The position numbers and the translations under genes were made by a program. The notes beneath the pieces were generated by a model that worked only from the letters and a program-made list of their open reading frames with translations, was not told the DNA's origin and did not search any database. 64,000 nt of DNA. It comes from Laetmonice hystrix. Taxonomy: Eukaryota. The stretch lies in contig OZ249436.1 of assembly GCA_965235115.1 (NCBI GenBank), positions 3,784,001-3,848,000 of the forward strand. The letters run 5' to 3'. Positions 49,068-62,200 of the stretch are shown in pieces; the stretch's first letter is position 1; every line of letters starts with the position of its first letter.

Positions 49068-52000
49068 ATGATTGGAACAGCAGTGGCATGGATCAGTGCA
49101 GCTGTAGTTATACTCGGTGAGTACATTCAACCAGTGTTTACGACACTTCAGGTAAGATCATTATCGTGTCCTGATTTTGTACCCGTGTTGATCTCTTATC
49201 GTTGGCCTATAGACCCTCCCCGAACCTCACTGCATTGCACGTCTGTACGTTTAGGTCAACGCTTTCCACTGTAGGGTATAGGTCTTATACATATAGCCTA
49301 ATGGAGGCGAGCTAATTTGATGAATGGCCCATACCTGGGTTTTGGGAATCTCTAAAGTCATCACTCATTTTCATAACAATCAGGGGTGATCAAGGATCCA
49401 ATATGTTGTAAAAAAAAATACCAATAATTATAACATAAGAGGCTTTTAATATAGGCTACCCATTGAAAACGTGTTGGAGCTTATATCCCAAAAATCTGAA
49501 AATCATTCAGCCTCTATTTCAATTATAAAATACACACATGGTTTTTTTTAAAATACATTTTATCATACCCACATGTCCACCTATGGCTAGTCCTGAATAA
49601 CTAGAGATCCTTTAATACATTTATCATCCCCGATTGTGCCCTGACTAATTCGTGTTGGTTGTATCAGAGTACGTCCAGATGACTGATGGACAATCTGCGG
49701 GGAATCCAGCTGCCGCAGCAACCTGCAGTATTCAAGGGTAGGTATAAACTCAGGGAATACTCGCCACTTTCCATGGGGTTGGCAGCGCAAAACTCTGCTG
49801 AACTACCCAGGGAATACTCGTCACTTTCCATGGGTTTGGCAGCGCTAAACTATGAATTACCCAGGGAATACTCGTCACTTTCCATGGGTTTGGCAGCGCC
49901 AAACTCTGCTGAATTACCCAGGGAATACTCGTCACTTTCCATGGGTTTGGCAGCGCCAAACTCTGCTGAATTACCCAGGGAATACTCGTCACTTTCCATG
50001 GGGTTTGGCAGCGCCAAACTCTGCTGAATTACCCAGGGAATACTCGTCACTTTCCATGGGGTTGGCAGCGCCAAACTCTGCTGAATTACCCAGGGAATAC
50101 TAGTCACCTTCCATGGGTTTGGCAGCGCCAAACTCTGCTGAATTACCCAGGGAATACTCGCCACTTTCCATGGGTTTGGCAACGCCAAACTCTGCTGAAT
50201 TACCCAGGGAATACTCGTCACTTTCCATGGGGTTGGCAGCGCCAAACTCTGCTGAATTACCCAGGGAATACTCGTCACTTTCCATGGGTTTGGCAGCGCC
50301 AAACTCTGCTGAATTACCCAGGGGAATACTCGTCACTTTCCATGGGTTTGGCAGCGCCAAACTCTGCTGAATTACTCAGGGAATACTCGTCACTTTCCAT
50401 GGGTTTGGCAACGCCAAACTCTGCTGAACTACCCAGGGAATACTCGTCACTTTCCATGGGTTTGGCAGCGCCAAACTCTGTTGAATTACCCAGGGAATAC
50501 TCGTCACTTTCCATGGGGTTGACAGCGCCAAACTCTGCTGAATTACCCAGGGAATACTCGTCACTTTCCATGGGTTTGGCAGCGCCAAACTCTGCTGAAT
50601 TACCCAGAGAATACTCGTCACTTTCCATGGGTTTGGCAGCGCCAAACTCTGCTGAATTACCCAGGGAATACTCGTCACTTTCCATGGGTTTGGTAGCGCC
50701 AAACTCTGCTGAATTACCCAGAGAATACTCGTCACTTTCCATGGGTTTGGCAGCGCCAAACTCTGCTGAATTACCCAGGGAATACTCGTCACTTTCCATG
50801 GGCTTGGCAGCGCCAGACTCTGCTGAATTACCCAGAGAATACTCGTCACTTTCCATGGGGTTGGCAGCGCCAAACTCTGCTGAATTACCCAGAGAATACT
50901 CGTCACTTTCCATGGGGTTGGCAGCGCCAAACTCTGCTGAATTACCCAGAGAATACTCGTCACTTTCCATGGGTTTGGCAACGCCAAACTCTGCTAAATT
51001 ACCGAGGGAATACTCGTCACTTTCCATGGGGTTGACAGCGCCAAACTATGCTAAATTACCGAGGGAATACTTGTCACTTTCCATGGGGTTGGCAGCGCCA
51101 AACTCTGCTGAATTACCCAGAGAATACTCGTCACTTTCCATGGGTTTGGCAGCGCTAAACTATGAATTACCCAGAGAATACTCGTCACTTTCCATGGGGT
51201 TGACAGGGCCAAATCTTATTTGTCATACATCGCTGCCCAGCCGTGAAGGTTGTTTTGGTACAGCTTTTTCTGTTCTTTGATTCAGAATTGCTCACCGACC
51301 TGAGATACAAAGATTCATTGTAGCTATCAGCAATTGCATCATCGACTCTGATGTTAAGAAACGAATACGGCGAGCTGAACTCAAAGATATTATAGATGTG
51401 AGTTGACTCTCAGAATCATTTCACACATTACAAGTATATGTTGCAAAAGTAAGCCTTTATATCGTAAAAATAGTCTGCAGGCATTATAGAAGGAAATGAC
51501 AATTTTCTTAGATCATGATAATTATTGACACGAGGATCCCTTACAATTTTCAGCTTTAGGAACACTTTCCTAACTAGGGATAGCTAAATGTGAAACAAGT
51601 CAAAATATGAAATATATTGTCATGAGTAATAAAGATATAGCAGTAAAACCACCTCATCAACGAATCTGCATGTGACCGACTCTGCCTTTATGTATATATT
51701 GTATAATAACTGGTCATTCAATGTGTATAACAGGACATTAATTCTGTGTTTCGTAGTGTTTCAACGGAGATGTCACCAACATCACACTTACTGAGGGAAG
51801 CGCCATTGAAAAAGCCCTGCTTCTCATACCAATGTTTTCAGATTGCGAGGGGCTGTCAATAGATGATTTGAAAACACTGAGGAATAATATGTAAGTGAGT
51901 TTTTCCTTCTATAAAGTAGAATTAATTCAAACAATGGCTTTTCTTTTCATGCGATCGATCCCAATTATTATGAACCAATAGACTCTATAATTATATACTA

Positions 52001-55000
52001 TAGCGTGTCGCATGTCATGTGAAACTCGAAGAATCGAATCAGTTTATTTGCAACCACAAAAGTTGGATTTGGTAAAAACTCATACTTATTGGCGGCATGA
52101 TGATATTGCCTCCGCATTGCAAATTATTATATTATCTGTGTTGGAATCAAATACAGTAAAAGGAGATTCAAAAGGATATATTTCTTAATAAAACAAGCAA
52201 TAGGTCATACGCTGAATTTGGTAAAATAATTCTCATTCTTGATTTTCTTGGGTTTTTTTTATCTCGCGTTTAGGAAATCAGTTTAACTCGTGGCGCCGTC
52301 TGTCGGTCAAATTGTCAGGATTTTTTTTTCTCGGTATCAAACATTTTCATTCCAATATTATGTCCTGACCTTTTATTTTTTCTACCTTTTAAAGGACAGA
52401 AATAGTCCTAAACGATCAAGATCTCATCGGGTGTAATATGAATATGGATGTTATGAAATACCTGCTTCATTGGAGAGACTCTACGGCATTCATGGCCACA
52501 GAGAAGAGATTAATGAAGATAGAGCACATCCGATTACAATACCTGATGCCAGCTTTATCCGAAACGTCTTGTGAAAGATTGTCAACCGAAGACTATTCTA
52601 ACATTGTGAGTACAGTTTATCTCACTCCCATAGGCCTAAATGCTTTTTAAAAGACCGCTTTCTTGAATTCCTAACTCTTTTTCGTCGTCTGATGTGTTCT
52701 ATGGTGAACTTTAACAGGTTTAATTTGATTTTGTAGGCGATAACCATGAACCAACAAACCCCTGGCCGTTGCTGGAACTGTCAGAATTCTGGTACGTTAA
52801 TAAACACTGTACCCATCGTGTATGTTACCTTTACCATTGCCATGGCAACCCCCCCCCCCCCAGTCACGCTGATCAGACAAATAGGGGGCGGGCTATTTAC
52901 TTATACTTTAGCACAAACTGATGGTACAATTTATTTTGATTATGTACGTTTGAAAATGTTTTCGTTGGTCACGTTCTCTTGCTAAATTAAGCTCTCGGTT
53001 GCGTCTCGAACCTACAGTATCTATTATTAAGACTCATTCAACCCTTCCCTCGAATCAGTAAGTGTAATTAATGGAAGTGGTCAGGGGAGAAATAAATTAC
53101 TTTGATTAAGCCAGAACGTTTGCAATGATAGGCTTGACCAGTTCTGGACCTGCAGTACGTCCAGTGACCCGCAGAGGTAGACCGCGTTTTGTGGGGACAG
53201 CGTCTCAATGCCCTTTGAACCCAATCTGCAGGAAACGATTGTGTGACAGTCTACTTACAGCCAGGTAGGTGATTCCTGGAGTAACCGCCTGTCGTTAGGG
53301 TCCGCCTTGCTAAAAACACTTCAAGAGTACAATTGTGCATATAATATGCTTTAGCTCAAAATTGCTGTGCCACGATAATACTAATCCATTAATATCTATG
53401 CACGAGACTAGTTTTTTTTTGTAAAACTTTTTTTATAAGTAGGGCCTATGTGCGTTCACACATGTATAAACAATGTTTAAAAAACCGATGTGACACTTAT
53501 TATAATTATTATATTAATATTATATTTATAATCAGACGGCCAGTAGGGCAGAGAATCGCTCAACGTGTGTGCAACACATCGTGCGCCGAGATCTGCGCCC
53601 TTTCTAGTCCCAGCAGACGATTCGTGCGGGTAGGCATGTCTTATGACGTCACTTTACTACCCAGAATTCCGTCGCCGCCGTTTGTACTAATCTGAGGGAG
53701 GACAAAATGTGGGCAGGGTTTGGGCAGGGTGGTATACTGGTACATCTCATGAGTACTGTTCCATATCCATAACCTTCTGATTTCAAATAAACAAGAGATA
53801 TACTGATAAAACTAGGAATATAATAACCGTCAAAAGCCGTCAACCAGCAACTTTATTTTACGACTTGATCCTGTTTAATGGAGCAACAGTTTCTCGATCT
53901 TTGGTTTTATTTTACAAACGATGCCATCATGTTGTACAGGAATCAATGCGTGAGTGTCCCAATCTCTCAGCTGAACAACAAGGATGTTGTTATTTGCACA
54001 AACCAGTTACGTCCTACAACGCTTCCATTTGTACTGATTTGAAAAAAGTGCTCGATCAATTCAGTTGCAGCGATATCCCTCAGGTAAGTATACAGCATAC
54101 ACCATGTGTTAGTATATAGGCCTAGTCTATATGACATAGGGGTAGGATTGGTTGGGGTTTGGACTGGAGGTGTAGACCCCCTTGAGTTGATTCCTACATG
54201 ACTTTTCAGTCTTCCTTGTTCACCCCCCCCCCCTCCTCCGTCCTATGTCCTATATAGCCCCAAAAAAGTTTGGTTTGGCCTACCACTTATCTAGCCTTAT
54301 TAAAAAAAGGACGAGACACTTCAGGGTTTATTCTTTTGCCTAAGCTCTATGTAGATCTATAGTTAGCATCAAGGCCTGATCGCCTTGATTCCCGCCCACA
54401 GGTTCTCCTGACCAGGCTGTCTCAGTTCAACTGCGACTGCAGCGACCTTCCTCGATCGGTCCAGCTTCGTTTGCCTGACTGCCGTGAGGCGGCGCTGCAG
54501 ATGGAACCGCCCACTCTGAAAGACTTTCAACAATTAGGAAATATCAAGGAACCTCCACCAGCCCTCTATGGGCTGGCACTGACGTATTACACGGTAACCT
54601 GAATTTATCACTTTCCTTCATGTACATGCATGCTGATTTTTTCGCACAGTGATTTTCGTTATCGACCACAATGATATGATATTTTCGTTACAGTTTGTGC
54701 ATCTGTTAATAGGTAGAGCTAGAGAATGTTGTTACAACAAGCTGCTGTATATTGTCGTTCTAGAACAAAGTGATATTTACGTTACAGTACAGCGATGTCC
54801 CTGTAGAAAACCTTCTGGCTGAAGAGCTCGTCATGACCGTCTTACCGAAAACAGAGTTCGACAAGTCTCTATCTAATGACGTCATTGTCAGCAACCTGCG
54901 CACTATATCCCGCCCTGTGGTAGGTCTTCAAAGTCTCTATCTAATGACGTCATTGCCAGCAACCTGCGCACTATATCCCGCCCTGTGGTAGGTCCTTATG

Positions 55001-58000
55001 AAACTCTCTATCTAATGACGTCATTGTCAGTAACCTGCGCACTATATCCCGCCCTGTGGTAGGTCCTAATGAAAGTCTCTATCTAATGACGTCATTGTCA
55101 GCAACCTGCGCACTATATCCCGCCCTGTGGTAGGTCCTTATGAAAGTCTCTATCTAATGACGTCATTGTCAGCAACCTGCGCACTATATCCCGCCCTGTG
55201 GTAGGTCCTTATGAAACTATCTATCTAATGACGTCATTGTCAGCAACCTGCGCACTATATCCCGCCCTGTGGTAGGTCCTAATGAAAGTCTCTATCTAAT
55301 GACGTCATTGTCAGCGACCTGCGCACTATATTCCGCCCTGTGGTAGGTCCTTATGAAAGTACTCATCATTGGAGGGGAGTTCAAGAGGGGGGCCTTTCAA
55401 ATTTCAAATTCAAATTCCTGGAACTGCCCCAGATCATTCAAACCACAAACTGCACCTAGACGTGCATGATTTCCAGTCGGCACACTGCTCTCAATACTCT
55501 CTCTCTATCGTGTCGATGTATTCCCTGATGTTGTTGGTTTTCTTGCATTTACAGGCGATATCGATTTTAGGAGAACGACTTGCATCATCTAATAACCCTG
55601 ACGACCTCCTACAAAGTTATTTCAAAGTGTAAGTGTTATGTAGTTTTCAAAAGGAGAGGAAGTCGCATAAGGGGAACTGAAACGGTCCAGGCATCTGTGA
55701 TATTAATATGATGTATAACTTAGCCTTTCGTCAATGATCGAATTAAAAGAGCAGTTTTAGTCGACGTTTGAAAAACTTGTTTTCATTGATTTTGATGAAT
55801 ACGCATTACGCAATACGCATCACGCCGACAATACGTACACATGGATTCCTGGCTTAAGTCATGGTGGAAAACGCAGCTCCGTTTGAACGTACGTGGAAGC
55901 CCCCAACCCCTGATAATTTAATTTTACCAGTGGTTCCTCCTTTTTTACCTATGCATAACTTCTTTCATACAGAGCTAAATGTGAGGTGTGGAAAGGTTTG
56001 AAAACCGACGGACTGGACAGGCTTAATGTGGAGTCGGCACTTACCCTGTGTCACTGTGCGGAGGACGTCGACTTGTCCCGGTTTCTCTCCAAGGTTGGTG
56101 TTATATTTGTTGTTCAAGTAGACGAAAAACGGGAAGAAAAACTGGAGGATTGCTTAGTATCGAAAGTGGTCGGGAAAGCTGTCCATCAGTTCACGAAAAG
56201 ATCTTGTCTAAACACGCCTATTTATACTTATACTTTACCTACTTTACCTACTACTTATACTGGTATTGTTTCACAATACTGCGAATTGCTCCGTGTACTT
56301 TTGTTGAAACCATCGTAGGACATACCCATTGCTTGATGTCACAAAATTGGTCGTTCCTAAATGTCTTGGATTATTTGAAAAGTCAGGTAAAAAGAGTTTT
56401 CATGTTTTTTTATCTTTTGTTCATAGGTAGACGTACTGTGTACGACAATTGACCGGGAAACCAATTCATTTGAAGAATTCAAGATGAGGGTGCGCAGGAT
56501 GGGAGTTCGCTGCATCTTGCGGATGCTAGGTTCAAAGTGAGTCAATACATTTCTCTTGTTGTCGAGTTGTTTCCTGTTCTTATAACTTGGTACATGTATT
56601 AAATCAAATATATATAGTTTACCTCATCAAATGTCATGGACACTAAGACAAGCTTAAAGTTGTAGCCCTTGTGGAACGGAACCATCGTAATGTAAAATCT
56701 TCATATAAAAAGAAAAGGTTTATATTTGTATGATAAAATAATTTGCCGGGCAGAGTAAAAAATATTCACTCTTTCTGTAACATGGCAGCTCACGCTGGCT
56801 GGACCCTGTACTTAATGACCCCTCTTTCTGTAACATGGCAGCTCACGCTGGCTGGACCCTGTACTTAATGACCCCTCTTTCTGTAACATGGCAGCTCATG
56901 CTGGCTGGACCCTGTACTTAATGACCCCTATACCAGGAAACGTGTGTGCCTGGTCATCGGTAACAGTAAGAATGTCGATCAGGACATACTGAATCTCTGG
57001 GCTCCTAGGTGTCAACAGGTATGTATTATAATATAATAATAGGCCCGATTTACGATAGGAAACTTGAAGGAAAGATGGGTCGGGTACAGCTGTAATAGTA
57101 TTGTTTCTCTGACCCTGTTAGAAAGCACGGATTGTTGGACACATGCACGGGGACATAGGCCTACAAGTACGTGACCTGCATGTATATCTTGTCATAATAT
57201 ATTACATCGTGAGGCATGTTGGGCATACACTACCAATACATGAGGTCAAACAGGGTCAATTAACAATTCATACCGCGAGATGGCGTCTCCAGTCCTACAC
57301 TGCTGCCGTAAAGGCTGCTGGCTTGCGATGGGCACTGTGAATGAGTCTCACAAACATAGGACTGGTGTTGAAAAAAAATAGACTAAGATGATCGCTTTAA
57401 CCCCTAGATAGACTTCAATCTTGATTTTCTTGATCACTTTTTTTGCTGATCCCGAGTTAATATATCTAACTCATAATTACGTCGATGTAGATATAGTATA
57501 GGCCTACAAGGGTGAAGGGAAGAGAGTTAGAGCATAACCCTAGACATATCAATTAATCGGAGAAGAATCCAGGGAAGCCCATAAAATGTATAATCCGGCC
57601 TCATTGTGCACAAATCTAAAATACAATCGTTCACATCTGTAATTCCATGAAAATATAAGATTATGTGGTCATTCACGGTGTACAGTTCCATGATTCTCAG
57701 TACTACCCTGCATGGCGACTAGACCGCGTGGTGTGCTGATGTCACGTGGTATCACACTGAGGCGATCGGAGCGACATCTGCCGTATTTTGTTTTAATAAA
57801 ATACTCTTTTTCAGGAAGAATGGGAACTTCATTCCGAGTGATGGAGTTATATCGCCCATGATAACTTAAACCCCACGAAATTTGGTGGAAAGTAAAGATC
57901 CATGGCCCTGACCTTATCCCTAACCCCTAACCCCAGTCCCTACACCTCCCAAAAACATATCCCTATCCTATCCCTATCCCTATCCCTGACCTTAACCCTA

Positions 58001-59047
58001 ACCCCTGCCCAAACATTTCGTGGAAAGTTATCATGGGGGAAGAACCAGTTAGGGTTACCGCGGCATGACTGTTCGAGCCTAGTTTGCACGTCATTGACTT
58101 GCACTGTGAACGATATGCTAACAATACACTTTTGTCGCACAGTGCAATGATCCCTTTAACCGCTATGACCATTAAACAGATCGGCGCCTATCTCCCAATA
58201 TGGTGCGAGGTCTTGATTTGTTCGTATACCAGTGACAGTTGGCGCCCTCTGCCGGGTAAGGTGTTGGTCAGGAATCCTATAAGCTGGTTCCCGGCTCCCT
58301 CGCTAGGTGGACCACAGAACCACCTAGGGAGAGAGCCGGGAACCAGCTTAGGCACCCCCATCACACTAACGTTCACCCCATGGCTTTTCTCTCTGATCAC
58401 CATGGTAACACAATGAAGCCAGTGAACGTATCAATGTTCATGTTCCACCGTATATACACGTCTATCCTACCCAGGATATCGATGTTAGCGGAGATTGCGC
58501 GGGTAACCTCCCTAGCTTCACCTCCAACTCACCAACCTATGGCCTGATCGTGAGATGTTCAGGTCATTACTGCCCACGTCTCTGTGACCTACCGACCGGA
58601 TTCATCGACAAAGTTCGCGATGTGCTACAGAAGATTGACTTCTCGTAAGTGTGCGAGACTCCTTTATCAGAGATCAATGTAGAGACTCTTCCAATGTTAA
58701 CCGTCGATAGAAATAAACAGGCCTACATATCTGTTTTGAAACAGACCATTAATTCTGTTTTACATGAGGTCCAAGCTGGTTGTTCTTTCTCAGGAGCAGA
58801 TCTAAGACCGCCCCTCCCCCTTTTTTTTGAAGAAGTGGCAAAAATTATTGGTCGGATAGGCATAAATGCATTGAGAAACTAACAATTTACATGGCTCCCC
58901 TCCAAGGTACCAAATGAGCCTCCCTTTATTCACATACCTTGTTACAGTGGACGGCCAGCGGAGGAATTGGCGAACCTGGCTTGTTTCGCTTATCTCCCTG
59001 GAGTATCAGTACCGGAGGTAGGAAACTCAACGAAAACCAACTTACTG

Positions 59048-59095
<48 letters not shown>

Positions 59096-59214
59096 GAGCG
59101 ACAGAGAGAGAGAGAGAGCGACAGAGAGAGAGCGACAGAGAGAGGGAGGGAGGGAGAGAGAGCGACAGAGACAGAGACACAGAGAGAGAGAGAGAGAGAG
59201 GGAGAGAGGGAGAG

Positions 59215-59293
<79 letters not shown>

Positions 59294-62200
59294 AACAGAC
59301 AGACAGAGACACACAGAGAGACAGAGAGACAGAGAGACAGAGAGACAGAGGGACAGAGAGAAAGAAGGAAAGAGACAAAGAGATCGTAGGAAAGGATCAG
59401 TTATAAAACAAGAAGATAACTGTATACATGTTCATTATTACGTCAACATTAAATTTGTTCAATATAGTGCCAAAAGAGAAGGTAAACTCGAGCGGAAAGA
59501 AATTAAATTATGCGGATATCAAGATTTGGTGCACGCGTTTACTAAATCCGAGTTTCCAAAAATGTAACGTATACTTCGTTTCATACTTCTCTTTGTTAAC
59601 GAGTAGGGTGTTTCAATGCCACACATCCCTGCTTCACTGTTTCCAGTCAGCCTTACCAGAGGAATTGTTTCTGTTGACTGTTTCTGTTGACTGTTTCTGT
59701 TCACTTTTTCTGTTCACTGTTTCCAGTCATCCATACCAGAGGAATTGTTTCTGTTCACTGTTTCTGTTCACTGTTTCTGTTCACTGTTTCTGTTCACTGT
59801 TTCTGTTCACTGTTTCTGTTCACTGTTTCCAGTCATCCTTACCAGAAGAATTGTTTCTTGATGACGGATCTGCTGATCGGGCGAGCTGTGAAACGATGGT
59901 TGACATTGGGAGAGAGTACGTTCGGAGACTTCAAAAAAGGAGGAAACGGCAAGGTATAGGAGTCTACGTATTTAACACAATACGGCAAGGTATAGGAGTC
60001 TACGTATTTAACACAATACGGCAAGGTATAGGAGTCTATGTATTTAACACGATACGGCAAGGTATAGGAGTCTACGTATTTAACACAATACGGCAAGGTA
60101 TAGGAGTCTATGTATTTAACACAATACGGCAAGGTATAGGAGTCTATGTATTCAACACAATACGGCAAGGTATAGGAGTCTACGTATTTAACACAATACG
60201 GCAAGGTATAGGAATCTACGTATTTAACACAATACGGCAAGGTATAGGAGTCTATGTATTTAACACAATACGGCAAGGTATAGGAGTCTATGTATTTAAC
60301 ACAATACGGCAAGGTATAGGAATCACACAATTGCAGACGATGTACTCGATGTAATCATGTATGGAGTCAAGGTTTTGTTATTCACCTCGAGCATGCAGTT
60401 CTTGAACAATGTGTATAAAAGTGAGGCGTAATATGTGTGGACCTTGATGTTCGTCACCTTAGGTCATGCCACGTCCGTAGACCGTTACCTGACCTGTTTA
60501 TGTGGTGTTAGTGTTTACGTCAGCCACGTCCACAGACCGTTTCCTGACCTGTTTATGTGATGTTGGTGTTTCCTGACCTGTTTATATGATGTTGGTGTTT
60601 ACGTGAGCCACGTCCACAGACCGTTTCCTGACCTGTTTATATGATGTTGGTGTTTACGTCAGCCACGTCCACAGACCGTTTCCTGATCTGTTTATGTGAT
60701 GTTGGTGTTTACGTCAGCCACGTCCACAGACCGTTTCCTGACCTGTTTATGTGATGTTGGTGTTTCCTGACCTGTTTATATGATGTTGGTGTTTACGTGA
60801 GCCACGTCCACAGACCGTTTCCTGATCTGTTTATATGATGTTGGTGTTTACGTCAGCCACGTCCACAGACCGTTTCCTGACCTGTTTATGTGATGTTGGT
60901 GTTTACGTCAGCCACGTCCACAGACCGTTTCCTGATCTGTTTATATGATGTTGGTGTTTACGTCAGCCACGTCCACAGACCGTTTCCTGATCTGTTTATA
61001 TGATGTTGGTGTTTACGTCAGCCACGTCCACAGACCGTTTCCTGATCTGTTTATGTGATGTTGGTGTTTCCTGACCTGTTTATGTGATGTTGGTGCTTAC
61101 GTCAGCCACGTGTGGGATTACGTGTGAGAGATTGGTCGCCTACCAGAATCTGGGTATTTCCGCGAGTGGCTTGGTTACTGGCGGCGACATTGACTGTCTC
61201 GATGGAGCCGATCTCTACTCCTGCCTGGAGAGTGGCGGTCTCCATGGCGAAGAGTGGGACGCCGAGGCCGCCAGGGAGCTCCTCAGGAAGATCAGAACGG
61301 TAGGCCTATATTATATGGGACTGACTGAGATCTATGTAGCCTACTAACAGAGAGGTTCTAGAACTTTAAATACCTATGACCTACACAACGTCCTTGAGTC
61401 CATTGATAGTAATGTCGTCTTCGACCTCCCACCATAGCACCTTCGTATCGAGGACCCGTCCAACTGGTCGGCCGTTGACCTCTCTCTTCTGGGCTCCATC
61501 GCCTCGTCCTTGACCCCGGCTGAACTCCGACACGTGACAGGCCTCAATGACCTCGTCATGACCATATTTGGCACAGTCTCCTGGTGGAGCGACAAACAGG
61601 TAAGAGATGAATTATCATGGTGTGCCTGGGTAAAGGAAGCTAGTTGAGAGGCCTTTAATATATTAAACCAAATAATACATCCCCTACGAAAATCACAAAC
61701 TGGTTCTGTCCCACCCGAACGATATCATTTGAAATTATTGAACAAAGAACTGATCTGATACCCAGCGAATGACTTATAATAACAGTTTTAGGTGTTGTGT
61801 GCATAGAAACAACTTTTCACCAACTGCACATGTTCATAGAGAGCAAACAAGTAACAGGTTCACATAATTTGATGCAACATAATTTAAATGGGCAAAAATT
61901 TCCCGGCATCTGGAGATAGAAATTGTGACAGAATACAAAGTTTCTCAAAGCATTTTGGCCTATAGCTTACCAATTATTGTTGTCACCTCTTCCAAAAAAG
62001 GGCGCCTTTAGGCCCCGGTGTTCACATGTTATTGGATCCCATTAACAGGTGATGACGCTTGCTGCACGGTTTATCCAGGACAGAAGTTTAACCCCGAACG
62101 ACCTGACCAGAAATCACATAGCTACAATGAATCATATATTCTGTGGCCTCATGCCAGACGACATTACCAAGATCGGTTTGGAAGAGTTACGGTAGGTATA

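Noticed and set aside
49750..51208. CRISPR-like array (repeats with an internal hairpin)
   Set aside because: No unique spacers, no cas genes, eukaryotic intron context
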